DNA of 34,843 nt from Candidatus Sigynarchaeum calidifontis (GTDB lineage: Archaea; Asgardarchaeota; Lokiarchaeia; Sigyniarchaeales; Sigyniarchaeaceae). This document shows positions 1-9,407 of the stretch, piece by piece. Positions within the stretch are counted from its first letter, which is position 1. Each line of letters starts with the position of its first letter. Made by a program: the position numbers and the translations under genes. The DNA lies in assembly GCA_030587475.2 (NCBI GenBank), contig JAUQYZ020000113.1:1-34843 (forward strand), read 5' to 3'. A model generated the notes under the pieces. The model ran no database searches, had not been told where the DNA came from, and saw only the letters and a program-made list of their open reading frames with translations.

Positions 1-923
1 GCCCGAACGGCGCCGGGAAGACCACGCTGCTCAAGATCTTGCTGAATCTCGAGGGCTTCGATGGGGGCAAGTTCACGATAGCGGGTCACGAGTTCGTGGC
101 TGGCCGTCGCAGCGGGCAATTACCTCGCGATATTGCGCTCCAGATCGGATACGTGGCCCAGCAGGCTGCATTTGATGAAGAAATGACCGCATGGGAAAAC
201 TTGAAGTTTTACGGGCAACTCTTCCACGTGGCTAGCGGCGTGTTGAACGAGCGCATTGGTTCGGTCTTGCATCTCGTCGACCTATTGCAAGCAAGGGACT
301 TGCATGTCTCTCAATTATCAGGAGGGATGAAACGCCGCCTCGCAATTGCCCGTGCTTTGATCCCGCAACCTCAGATCTTGTTTTTAGATGAACCAACATC
401 TAACTTGGATCCAATCTCCCGGCACCAGATCTGGGACCTGGTCGACGTGCTCAAGGCTGAGCGCGGGATCTCTGTCTTGCTCTCGACCAACGACATGGCA
501 GAAGCGCAACGGCTCTGCGATGCTGTATATTTGCTAAAAGATGGCGTTTGCCTGGTGCATGGCAACCCGAGCTATCTTATCTCGTCGTTGAATGCTCGCA
601 TCGTGGAAATGCACTATTCACGGGCGGGCATGGATCACGTGAATGAAATCAAGGAAACACTCGACAAGATCGCGCAAGGCATTCTTTTCAAGGTGGATGG
701 ATTTATGCACGTGCGCATGTACACTGCAGCAGCATCCAACACAGACGAGACCCTGTTAAAACATGCGCGGGAGAAAAGTGGCTGGTTCGAGAGCGTTTCC
801 GTTCGGGAACCAACCCTGGAGGACGTTTTCTTGAAGTTAGCTGGCGTGTCGTTCGGTCGCGAGGGCACGATGACTTACCGTTCGGTCGCGGCGATGTTCG
901 AGCGGTTTCTCGGAGGAAAATAA
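1..923 (+). CDS. ABC transporter ATP-binding protein (ABC-2/DrrA-like), 5'-truncated by the window edge
   Basis: Walker A (G)PNGAGKTT is read in frame from nt 3, upstream of the track start at 39. Also present: signature LSGGMKRRL, Walker B ILFLDEPT and C-terminal EPTLEDVFL. Confidence 0.95.
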   Translation, partial: PNGAGKTTLLKILLNLEGFDGGKFTIAGHEFVAGRRSGQLPRDIALQIGYVAQQAAFDEEMTAWENLKFYGQLFHVASGVLNERIGSVLHLVDLLQARDLHVSQLSGGMKRRLAIARALIPQPQILFLDEPTSNLDPISRHQIWDLVDVLKAERGISVLLSTNDMAEAQRLCDAVYLLKDGVCLVHGNPSYLISSLNARIVEMHYSRAGMDHVNEIKETLDKIAQGILFKVDGFMHVRMYTAAASNTDETLLKHAREKSGWFESVSVREPTLEDVFLKLAGVSFGREGTMTYRSVAAMFERFLGGK

Positions 924-926
924 CAA

Positions 927-1958
927 ATGAAGGCGGTTGTTACCGTTGTCAAGGCGCTAGCGTGGCGCATCACGCGGCTCTTCTTCTCGTCGTGGAAGGG
1001 GCTCGTGATATCCATCGTGAGCCCGCTCTGCTTGCTCTTCTTCCTCGGCCCGACCCTCGGTGTCAATGTCCAAACCGTGGACGTGCTCGGTCATCCGGTC
1101 GGGTACCTCGCGTTTTTCTTGCCCGGTGTCATGACGATGGCGTTATTCTACGGCACCATGTTCACGGCGGGTAACTCGGTCGTGGTGGATCGCGTGACGG
1201 GTTATAGCGAGACGATCCGCACGAGCCCGAACCCCGGCTTCGTCATCGTGTCGGGCCACGTGCTCGGCAGTGTACTCATCGGTGGCATCCAAGCGATCTT
1301 GTTCCTCGTGATCGGGCTGGTGTATTCCCCCGCGTTCTCTTTCTCGTGGCTCTCGATCCTTGCTGTCGCGTTCGTGCTGCTCGGAGCGTTGTTTTTTGGC
1401 GTGCTCGGTTTCGTTCTCGGCTCTCGGGTCTCGTTCAGTAATTTCTCGCTCGTGTTCACGATAGCGAGCATTCCCCTCGTTTACACGAGCACGATCTTCG
1501 TACCTGCCGCGGATTTTCCCGCGGGATTGCAGCCGGTCGTCCTCCTCAACCCCGTGAGCATCATGGCCGACTTGCTGCGAGCAGCGTTGCTCGGCGTGTC
1601 GTCGTGGAGCGCGGTTCCTGGTGGCTTGGTTTCGGCAGTGGCCATCGACGGCTCGATTTTCGCCGGGTACTTCTCGGTTACCACCTTTTTTGCCTTGTAC
1701 CTGTATAACAAGTTCCCCCGGTTTATATCACGCAAGAGAACGCGTGATGCTGGAAAGAAAAACCTGGTGATGGATTCGCCCATCTTTGAAATGGTCGCGA
1801 ATGCTATCGGCAAGGAAAAATTGCAAGAATTGCTACCACTCGTCCAGCAAGGTCGCGTCGACGAGCTGCTGAAGCATTTTCCAAGGGAAACGGTCGAGAA
1901 ACTGCTCTCGGTGGTCAAGGATGCACTCGCCAATAACCAATCGGGATCCAATAACTAA
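927..1958 (+). CDS. ABC-2 type transporter permease with a C-terminal soluble extension
   Basis: About 6 hydrophobic helices. ABC-2 motifs YLAFFLPG, STIFVP..FP..LQ and LNPVS..D..R. Starts 3 nt after the ATPase stop. Confidence 0.9.
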   Translation: MKAVVTVVKALAWRITRLFFSSWKGLVISIVSPLCLLFFLGPTLGVNVQTVDVLGHPVGYLAFFLPGVMTMALFYGTMFTAGNSVVVDRVTGYSETIRTSPNPGFVIVSGHVLGSVLIGGIQAILFLVIGLVYSPAFSFSWLSILAVAFVLLGALFFGVLGFVLGSRVSFSNFSLVFTIASIPLVYTSTIFVPAADFPAGLQPVVLLNPVSIMADLLRAALLGVSSWSAVPGGLVSAVAIDGSIFAGYFSVTTFFALYLYNKFPRFISRKRTRDAGKKNLVMDSPIFEMVANAIGKEKLQELLPLVQQGRVDELLKHFPRETVEKLLSVVKDALANNQSGSNN

Positions 1959-2032
1959 TTAAGGTTCTCCGGGAGAATGCATATCTATCCCACAAGGGAA
2001 AATCAAACATGTCTTTCTCACAGTGAAGCGTT

Positions 2033-3187
2033 ATGTCTGGAGATATCATCGTCAAGGACGTGCCAGTGAAACTATCATTGGAAAAAACCATCATCACCGA
2101 AAACCTAGATTATGAAGGGCCTAAATTCGCTCGAAAAGGGCCGTTAAGGATCATCGCGTTGCTTCTCCCCCTCGCGTTGATGGGCGTGCTCGCGAGCATC
2201 GCGGCAGCCGTTGGTTATTTCGCCGGGGATTTCGGCATCGAGTTTACTTTCTGGATCGCATTTTTCACGGTATCGTATTATAGCTTGCTCTTGCTACGCA
2301 AATTGCTGGTCAACGCGGCGAGGGAAGCCCACCGGGTAACCAAGATCACGAAGGAAGCACACTTGAAGGTGTTAAAGATCTTGTTCGGGCCTCTTGCGAT
2401 CATCATGATCTTCATTATTGCCGCGATCATCATCGCCTACGACGTGAACGCGTTCGGCTTGAACGTGAGGAACATTTACGACGGGAGTGCCGAGGGCTGG
2501 GTGCAAAGCGTGGCCGAGTGCTTGGCTTTACCGTCGACAGACCCTGATAGTCTCTACTTTTCGCCCTCCCCTATGGAATACGTTTGGCTCATTATGTGGA
2601 TCTCTTGCGATTTGCTCTCTGCCGCGTATTGCTGGTACGCGATCGGGTTTTTGCTCTATGCAAAGAAGATCACGAAGAAATACACGTTCCGGAACGAGGC
2701 CTCGGTCGTGAAACAGTTGAACTTGACCGAACTCGAGCAAAAAGCATTCGTTGCCGTCTCTTACGGGTTCATCCCCTTCTTGACGCTCAAGTCCATTGCC
2801 CAGATCAATTTCGGGGGAATGATGCTGATGGTACCCTGGTGGAGCGACACGATCATCACGGCCCTCACCGTGCTTCTTTTTGTTCTCTTGCTACTCGTCC
2901 CGCCGAAGCAGATCATCGCCGACTTGAAAGCTGAAACTATGCTGGACGAGTTCGATGCAAAGGCACGCAGTATCCTCGCACTTACCGATATCATCCAGAA
3001 AATCGATAAAGGCGAGGAGCTGAGCTTGAAAAATGCCGTGATGGCTTTGCTCTATTCCAGTTACTTGGAGCAAGTCAAGACGTTCAAGATATCTAACCCG
3101 GCCGGTACCAAGAAGATATTGACAGCTCTCATTGGGCCCGGCGTTTCTTACGGGGCGAAGATGGCTTCGGGCAGTGTTGCCCTTTAA
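2033..3187 (+). CDS. Hypothetical polytopic membrane protein
   Basis: 384-aa ORF with about 6-7 hydrophobic segments, followed by a T-rich tract. No recognised motif. Confidence 0.75.
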   Translation: MSGDIIVKDVPVKLSLEKTIITENLDYEGPKFARKGPLRIIALLLPLALMGVLASIAAAVGYFAGDFGIEFTFWIAFFTVSYYSLLLLRKLLVNAAREAHRVTKITKEAHLKVLKILFGPLAIIMIFIIAAIIIAYDVNAFGLNVRNIYDGSAEGWVQSVAECLALPSTDPDSLYFSPSPMEYVWLIMWISCDLLSAAYCWYAIGFLLYAKKITKKYTFRNEASVVKQLNLTELEQKAFVAVSYGFIPFLTLKSIAQINFGGMMLMVPWWSDTIITALTVLLFVLLLLVPPKQIIADLKAETMLDEFDAKARSILALTDIIQKIDKGEELSLKNAVMALLYSSYLEQVKTFKISNPAGTKKILTALIGPGVSYGAKMASGSVAL

Positions 3188-3211
3188 ATAAGTTAATCTT
3201 GGCCATCGTGC

Positions 3212-3229
3212 TTTTTTTCCCCTTCTTTT
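3212..3229 (+). terminator. Oligo-T archaeal-type terminator
   Basis: tttttttccccttctttt about 25 nt after the stop at 3187. Confidence 0.45.
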
Positions 3230-3365
3230 AACCTTTGCTGGAATTTGCGGATTGCTTTGTCCCCCAATAAGGAAAAGTGGAAGGTCAAGAAGCGTGCCAA
3301 AGGATTATTATTCGTGCGTCCCTATCAATCACAGAAAAACCTGGCTAGCGCGGCAGTGACCCCCA

Positions 3366-4043
3366 TTGAGCGAGCAGAACACGATAAGTAAAACCGCAGT
3401 CATCAAGGAAAACGTGAAGCTTGGCAAGGGTATCATCGTCCAGGACTTCGTGATAATCGGAAAACGTCCTGAACGTGCGAAGATCTCGCTGTACGCGCAA
3501 ACACCTCGCGAATTCAAGCCAACCGTGATCGGTGATTACGTGACCTTATGCGCTGGGGCGATAGTGTATGCTGCCGTCGAACTCGGTAACAACGTTTTCC
3601 TGGGTGATTATGCCAGCATCCGGGAAAACACGACCGTTGGCGAGAGCACGATCATCGGCCGCAACGTCACGGTCGAGAACAATACGAAGATCGGAAGAGC
3701 TTGCAAGATCCAAACAGGCGCTCATATCACCGCCGAATGCGTCGTCGGTGACAAGGTCTTCATCGGTCCCGAGGTTTGCACGACGAATGACTCCTACATG
3801 GCCCTCGTCGACGTGCCCATGCAAGGGCCAGTGTTCTGTGATGGCTGCGCGATCGGGGCAAACAGTACCATCGTCCCGGGCATCCGGATCGGAAAGAATG
3901 CCGTGATTGGATCTGGATCCGTCGTGTTCCAAAACGTACCCGACGAGGAGTTCTGGATGGGCAACCCGGCCAAAAAGGTAGGGACGTTCAAGCAATTCAT
4001 CGGCACGGCGAGGATGTTCGCCGAGAAAAAAAAATCGCATTAA
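3366..4043 (+). CDS. Hexapeptide-repeat (left-handed beta-helix) acyltransferase, NDP-amino-sugar N-acyltransferase-like
   Basis: Repeated [LIV]GxxxxI hexapeptides, IGPEVCTTND, IGANSTIVPGIRIGKNAVIGSGSVV and GNPAK. TTG start. Confidence 0.9.
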   Translation: MSEQNTISKTAVIKENVKLGKGIIVQDFVIIGKRPERAKISLYAQTPREFKPTVIGDYVTLCAGAIVYAAVELGNNVFLGDYASIRENTTVGESTIIGRNVTVENNTKIGRACKIQTGAHITAECVVGDKVFIGPEVCTTNDSYMALVDVPMQGPVFCDGCAIGANSTIVPGIRIGKNAVIGSGSVVFQNVPDEEFWMGNPAKKVGTFKQFIGTARMFAEKKKSH

Positions 4044-4074
4044 ATCGAAGTATCAACATGGTGAATACTTGCAC

Positions 4075-4314
4075 ATGAGCCAAGCTTCGACATTCAAGTC
4101 CATTATCTGCGAGATATTTGGCATCCAGGAAAGCGACATCGTCGATTCGAAAACGCCCGAGGATCTCGAATCCTGGACATCGGTCACGCACATGCAAATG
4201 GTCGCGAAATTCGAGGAAAACTTCAAGTTTCAATTTGATGTCGAGGAGATAACCGAAATGGATTCCATCGCCAACATCAAAAAAGTTCTCCGGAAACATG
4301 GCGTGGATCTCTGA
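4075..4314 (+). CDS. Acyl carrier protein
   Basis: 79 aa and acidic. ESWTSVTHMQMVAKFEENF matches the WDS(L)xH ACP helix-II pattern, with Ser at 4180-4182. Cluster context supports it. ATG at 4075. Confidence 0.85.
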   Translation: MSQASTFKSIICEIFGIQESDIVDSKTPEDLESWTSVTHMQMVAKFEENFKFQFDVEEITEMDSIANIKKVLRKHGVDL

Positions 4315-4421
4315 GCAACCGTCTTTTAGTATCACAATCCCTTTTATAAGCGTTTTTTTTTCTCTTGGAGTATGAACCATTTCACGGATGCTCGAAAAAA
4401 GCCAGGTGGCGGAGAACGTCG

Positions 4422-5933
4422 ATGAATTTCGCGGGTTATGTATTTCAGAATTCCAAGGCGATGGGTGATAAAATTGCCGTGTATCATCGAGACAGCACGG
4501 CCACGTACAACAACCTGTATTCGAGAGTGCTGGAAATCGCCGGGCACCTCCGCTCCCTCCCGTTGCATTTCCAAGACAAGATCGCGATCATCTCGGACAA
4601 TTCCATTTTCTTCATCGAAGCGTATTTCGGGATAATAGCAGGCGGGTTTGTTGCAGTGCCGTTGCATCCTGAATTCGGGGAATCGAATTTCCCTTACGTG
4701 TTCTCTTCTTGCGATGTCAAGTGTGCGTTCGTCCAGCAGAAATACTTGAAGATCGTCACCGGTTGTGGCTTGAAAATTCCCTACTTGTTCTCGGACATCG
4801 AGGCCGACGGCGTCGTCGGGGTATCGAAAATCAAGAAAATGCCTGGCGACATCGTCAGCGTGGATCCAAAGGAGGATCTTGCCGTGATTATCTTCACCTC
4901 CGGATCCACGGGCGTTCCCAAGGGAGTCATGCTCACTCACGAGAACCTCATCACCAACACGGATTCCATCATCCAATACCTCCAACTGACAGCAGACGAC
5001 CGGATCATGGTCGTTCTTCCGTTCTCGTATTGCTTCGGGACGTCGTTGCTGCACACGCACTTGCGTGCTTGCGGGTCGGTCGTGATCAAGGGATCCAAAT
5101 TACCTGGTAAAGAGCTCGATGAAATCAACGAGAAAAAATGCACGGGTCTAGCCGGGGTGCCGGCCACGTTCCAGATCTTGTTGCGTCGCTCGCCGATCAA
5201 GAAAATGAAGTTTCCCACCCTCAGATACGTCCAACAAGCTGGAGGGAAGCTCGCGAACGTGTACATCACCGAGTTACGCGAAGCGCTGCCCACGACCAAG
5301 GTGTTCATCATGTACGGTCAGACCGAGGCAACCGCCCGGTTATCATACCTGCCCCCCGAGCTGCTCGATACCAAGCTCGGATCCATCGGGAAGGGAATAC
5401 CTGGCACGACGATCGAGGTGCTCGACAGGGAAGGCAAGCCCGTCAAGCCCGGGGAGATAGGGGAAATCGTCGCGTCCGGGCGGAACATCATGAAAGGATA
5501 TTGGCAGGATCCAGAAGGCACGGCCAAGGTCATCAAGGGTGGAAAGCTGTACACGGGCGATCTCGGGACGGTCGACGAGGATGGATACGTGTACTTGACC
5601 GAGCGCGAGAAAGACATAATCAAAAGCGGCGGGTACCGCGTGAGCCCGAAAGAAATCGAGGAGAAGATTTCAGAAATCCCGGATGTCGTGGAAGTCGCCG
5701 TGATCGGCATTCCAGACGAAATCATGGGGGAGGTTCCTAAAGCGTTCGTGTCGGTGAGATCCCGGTCGATCTCGGGAGATGACATCATTGCGTATTGCCG
5801 CCAGCATCTCCCGCCTTTCAAGGTGCCCAGGGAAGTGGAATTCCTGGCCGACCTCCCGAAGAACACATCAAGCAAGATAGATAAACCGCAGCTGCGGAAG
5901 ATGGAACAGCAGAAGCGAGGTGGCAAGACATGA
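4422..5933 (+). CDS. AMP-binding acyl-CoA/acyl-ACP ligase (ANL superfamily)
   Basis: FTSGSTGVPKGV, YGQTEAT, TGDLG, KSGGYRVSP and LPKNTSSKIDK. ATG at 4422 follows a GGAG element. Confidence 0.95.
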   Translation: MNFAGYVFQNSKAMGDKIAVYHRDSTATYNNLYSRVLEIAGHLRSLPLHFQDKIAIISDNSIFFIEAYFGIIAGGFVAVPLHPEFGESNFPYVFSSCDVKCAFVQQKYLKIVTGCGLKIPYLFSDIEADGVVGVSKIKKMPGDIVSVDPKEDLAVIIFTSGSTGVPKGVMLTHENLITNTDSIIQYLQLTADDRIMVVLPFSYCFGTSLLHTHLRACGSVVIKGSKLPGKELDEINEKKCTGLAGVPATFQILLRRSPIKKMKFPTLRYVQQAGGKLANVYITELREALPTTKVFIMYGQTEATARLSYLPPELLDTKLGSIGKGIPGTTIEVLDREGKPVKPGEIGEIVASGRNIMKGYWQDPEGTAKVIKGGKLYTGDLGTVDEDGYVYLTEREKDIIKSGGYRVSPKEIEEKISEIPDVVEVAVIGIPDEIMGEVPKAFVSVRSRSISGDDIIAYCRQHLPPFKVPREVEFLADLPKNTSSKIDKPQLRKMEQQKRGGKT

Positions 5934-7024
5934 TCAAGAAATCGCTCATGGTCAAGCGCATCTACAACAACCCTGAAGTTTACTACGGGAAGGGTGCGAC
6001 GGTATCGTGCTTGAAGGCCATGGATCAAGCAAGGATAATCATTTTAGTTTCTGGCACCGTGAAGAAATCCGAATATTACGGGAAGATCATCACGGCCCTG
6101 GCGAGTAAACCGGTCCAGGAAGAGGTGATCGCGAGCCCGACCCAAGATACCATTGCCAAGCTTGCTCAAAAGTACGTCGGGCCCGCCAAGCCAGATGTTA
6201 TCGTCGCGATCGGCGGCGGGAAGGTGATCGATTCGGCCAAAGTCCTCAAGGTGCTACTCGACAACACGAGCATGACCTTCGCTGACCTCGAAAAGAACCG
6301 GTTCTGCGAGAAGGCCGTGACCAAGCTCGTCGCGATCCCGACCACGCCTGGAACGGGTTCGGAAACGAACTCGATCGCGGTCATGCGGGACGCGACTGGT
6401 CGCAAGATACCGCTCATCAACAGCGGGTTCGTGCCGGATGTCGCTATTCTCGATCACGAGTTCTTGCTCGGTCACGATGCGCAAGCCATTTTCGAGTTTT
6501 CGGCGGATATCTTTTCACACGCGTTCGAGGGCTCGGTCTCCGCTGCAAGCACGCCCTTGTTGGCGGCTATCGCTCGTAGCGCGATCTCCATGCTCAAGGC
6601 CGGCATCGAGAAGTTCAAGGCAGATCCAAAGGACCCCAAGGGGCTAGAGGCCATCTTGCACGCGGGGCATCTCGCCGGCATCGTCCAAGGGAACGCGTTC
6701 GTCGGTGCTTGCCATGCCCTCGCGCACACGATCGAGGAGCAAGTGCCCGGCGTGTCTCATGGCCAGTCTGTCCTCTTGACGCTGAAACAAACGATGCTCT
6801 GGCTCAAGGACACGACCAAGAAGCCAGAATATGACGAGTTCATCGACGCCTACGCTGCCATCAACTTCGATGCATATCGCAAGGCCGAGCTCATCAAGGG
6901 AAAGCTGGATCTCGACAAGTGGGCCGAGGCATCATTGAAGGATCCATCGATATCGACTTCACCCGTCCGCATGAAGAAGGAAAACCTGCTGGTGCTCGAA
7001 GATTGGATCTTAAACAAGCCGTGA
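5930..7024 (+). CDS. Iron-containing alcohol dehydrogenase
   Basis: IAIGGGKVIDSAK, IPTTPGTGSE, DIFSHAFEG and HALAH metal ligands. ATGA overlap with the ligase. Confidence 0.92.
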   Translation: MIKKSLMVKRIYNNPEVYYGKGATVSCLKAMDQARIIILVSGTVKKSEYYGKIITALASKPVQEEVIASPTQDTIAKLAQKYVGPAKPDVIVAIGGGKVIDSAKVLKVLLDNTSMTFADLEKNRFCEKAVTKLVAIPTTPGTGSETNSIAVMRDATGRKIPLINSGFVPDVAILDHEFLLGHDAQAIFEFSADIFSHAFEGSVSAASTPLLAAIARSAISMLKAGIEKFKADPKDPKGLEAILHAGHLAGIVQGNAFVGACHALAHTIEEQVPGVSHGQSVLLTLKQTMLWLKDTTKKPEYDEFIDAYAAINFDAYRKAELIKGKLDLDKWAEASLKDPSISTSPVRMKKENLLVLEDWILNKP

Positions 7025-8121
7025 ACGACCTGATCGCCCAAGAACAGTTCCGGGTGCTGCAAATCGAGAAGGAGAAGGCATTACTCCCCATCCTAGCCCA
7101 GCAAATAAAGGATAACATGGCTTTTTCGCCGCAATTGAAAAAATTTTACACGACGCTCGGGAAAGATCCCTCGGAGTATGCGCGCGTCGCGGATATTCCC
7201 CCTATACCCGTGTCAATGTTTAAAAAATTCTCGTTGAAGACGTGCCCGGACGAGCAGGTCGTCCGGGTGCTGAACTCGAGCGCGACCACCAGCGGGACAC
7301 CCAGCCGCATCTATATCAACAAGGAGACAGCATTCCGCCAGTCGAAAGGGCTCATCGCGATCCTCAAGAGCTTTGTCGGTGCAACACGCCGCCCCGTACT
7401 CGTGATCGACACGGAAAGCGTGAACAAGGACGACGCCGAAACACTCTCCGCCCGTGGCGCGGCGATACGTGGTATCAGCAATTTCGGGAAGAAACTCGTT
7501 TACGTGATGGACGAGAAGGATGGGGACTTGTTCATCAACAAGCAAAAACTGCAAAGCTTTGTTGAAGAGTACGCGGGCCAGGAAATTCTCGCATCCGGGT
7601 TCACGTACATCATCTGGACCCGGTTCGTGAAGCAAGTCCAGGACGCCGGGATCAAGCTCGATTTTCCCGCCATGAAGCTCGTCCACAGTGGTGGATGGAA
7701 GAAGCTCACCGCCCAGGCAGTCACGAAAGACGTGTTCTCTAAGACCCTTGCCGGAATTTTCAACACGGATACAAAGAACATCATCGATTTCTATGGCATG
7801 GTCGAGCAGCTGGGCGTTGTTTTTCTCGATTGCGAGGCCGGGCACAAGCATGCACCCGACTTTGCCGACATCATCATCCGTGATCCGTTTACCATGAAAG
7901 AACAGCCAACGGGGAAGGCCGGGCTCATCGAAATCGCAAGCATCATCCCATCGAGTTATCCTGGGCAAGCAATCATCACGGAAGATGTCGGCGAGATTGT
8001 GGGCATCGATGATTGCCCGTGCGGCAGGAAAGGCAAATATTTTGTGTTCCGGTCGAGGGTCGAGCGTGTCGAGACGCGTGGATGCGGCGATACCTTCGCC
8101 GAGAGGAGAAAAGACCGATGA
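7021..8121 (+). CDS. luxE: LuxE-family acyl-protein synthetase
   Basis: DIPPIPVSMFK, SSATTSGTPS, HSGGWKK, YGMVEQ, SYPG..IITED and C-terminal RGCG (acylated Cys). Start is probably GTG 7021 (GTGA overlap) or TTG 7003. Family homolog only. Confidence 0.9.
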   Translation: MNDLIAQEQFRVLQIEKEKALLPILAQQIKDNMAFSPQLKKFYTTLGKDPSEYARVADIPPIPVSMFKKFSLKTCPDEQVVRVLNSSATTSGTPSRIYINKETAFRQSKGLIAILKSFVGATRRPVLVIDTESVNKDDAETLSARGAAIRGISNFGKKLVYVMDEKDGDLFINKQKLQSFVEEYAGQEILASGFTYIIWTRFVKQVQDAGIKLDFPAMKLVHSGGWKKLTAQAVTKDVFSKTLAGIFNTDTKNIIDFYGMVEQLGVVFLDCEAGHKHAPDFADIIIRDPFTMKEQPTGKAGLIEIASIIPSSYPGQAIITEDVGEIVGIDDCPCGRKGKYFVFRSRVERVETRGCGDTFAERRKDR

Positions 8122-9401
8122 TCGATGTCGTCATGCACGCGGGTGAATTTTATTACCCCGCACGCAAAAAAGTGGAACAAATCAAGCCTTTGCTAAAATC
8201 GATCAAAGTCGGCTTCGAGACGTTGAAGAAAATAGACAAGAACAAATTGATCGACTTGTTCCAGAAGTTTTCAGAGAACATCATCAAGGATCCATCCACG
8301 ACGGGCATCGAGGGGGTCGCTTTCCTTTCCAGCTGGCTACGAAAGGCCAACATGATGCAGATCGTCGAGAAAAACTTGAAAGACCTCGCCTATCTCGATC
8401 GCTTCGTCGGCGAGGTGAAGCGCATCAAGGCACAGCCCCGGGGGGTCGCGTGCCACTGGATCGCCGGGAACGTGCCGACGATCGGCCTGTTCTCGCTGTT
8501 CCAATCCATGCTCGTGGGAAATGCCAACATTCTTCGAATCCCTCCTAAAAGCCACGATACCATGGTGCGTTTGCTGAAGGTCTTTGCATCGTCGCGCATC
8601 GAAGACCTCTCCGGCGCGCACTTGCTCACGTCTACAGCGATCATCTACTATGATCGAACCGATCAAGCGGCGAACGAGGAGCTCTCGGACATTGCCGATG
8701 TCCGGATCGTCTGGGGCGGGGAAGAGGCGGTAAAATCGATCACGGGCTTGCCGAGGCGAGCACATTGCGAGGACGTGATTTTCGGCCCGAAGTACTCGTT
8801 CGCGGTCATCGATCGGGAGGCGATCGCATCGAAGGAACTCCCACGCGTGCTACGTTTCCTTGCCAGCGATATCTTCTTGTTCGACCAGGCGGCATGTACA
8901 TCCCCTCACGTCGTGTTCTGCGAGAAATCGAGCATTGACATCACGTCCATCGCACGGCTACTCGGCGAAGAAATGGCTAAGCTCTCCAAGCGCTTCCCGA
9001 AGGCAGAGATCGACCAATTTATCATGACCCGCATCATCAACGCCCGTGCGGAGCACGCGCTCGACCTGGAAGCGAGCGTCGTGTGCTCACCTGAAAACGA
9101 TTGGACGATTCTCATCAACAAGCGGCCTGGCCTAGAAGAGCCGGTCGAGTCCCGAACGATCTTTCTCAAGGAGGTGGACTCGCTCATGGACGTGTTGCCC
9201 CACGTAACCAAGAAAGTGCAAACCGTGGGCTGCGCGATCGGTGACAAGGCCAAGTTGCTGGCCTTTGCGGATGCAGTGACGTTCCGTGGCGTTGCACGGT
9301 GCGTGAATATTGGCCAGATGCACTTGTTCGATTCCCCATGGGATGGGATGCTCATCATGTCGCGGCTCGTGAACTGGGTCACGCTCTACTATGGTGAATG
9401 A
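8118..9401 (+). CDS. luxC: LuxC-family acyl-CoA/acyl-protein reductase
   Basis: PRGVACHWIAGNVP, VWGGEEAV, FGPKYS, catalytic FDQAACTSP and SPWDG. ATG 8118 overlaps the luxE stop (ATGA). Family homolog only. Confidence 0.92.
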   Translation: MIDVVMHAGEFYYPARKKVEQIKPLLKSIKVGFETLKKIDKNKLIDLFQKFSENIIKDPSTTGIEGVAFLSSWLRKANMMQIVEKNLKDLAYLDRFVGEVKRIKAQPRGVACHWIAGNVPTIGLFSLFQSMLVGNANILRIPPKSHDTMVRLLKVFASSRIEDLSGAHLLTSTAIIYYDRTDQAANEELSDIADVRIVWGGEEAVKSITGLPRRAHCEDVIFGPKYSFAVIDREAIASKELPRVLRFLASDIFLFDQAACTSPHVVFCEKSSIDITSIARLLGEEMAKLSKRFPKAEIDQFIMTRIINARAEHALDLEASVVCSPENDWTILINKRPGLEEPVESRTIFLKEVDSLMDVLPHVTKKVQTVGCAIGDKAKLLAFADAVTFRGVARCVNIGQMHLFDSPWDGMLIMSRLVNWVTLYYGE

Positions 9402-9407
9402 GGCGTA

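Noticed and set aside
4075-5933. NRPS/PKS or fatty acid synthase cluster
   Set aside because: No condensation, ketosynthase or thioesterase genes are present.
6919-7020. Extended N-termini given by the ORF track for luxE (also luxC 8013, ligase 4365, GNAT 20955, 30591, 31875)
   Set aside because: These overlap upstream genes or terminators. Downstream starts with coupled start/stop overlaps or RBS-like elements are more plausible.
7021-9401. Bioluminescence (lux) operon
   Set aside because: No luxA, luxB, luxD or luxG in the window. The ACP, acyltransferase and sugar-enzyme context fits glycan acylation better.
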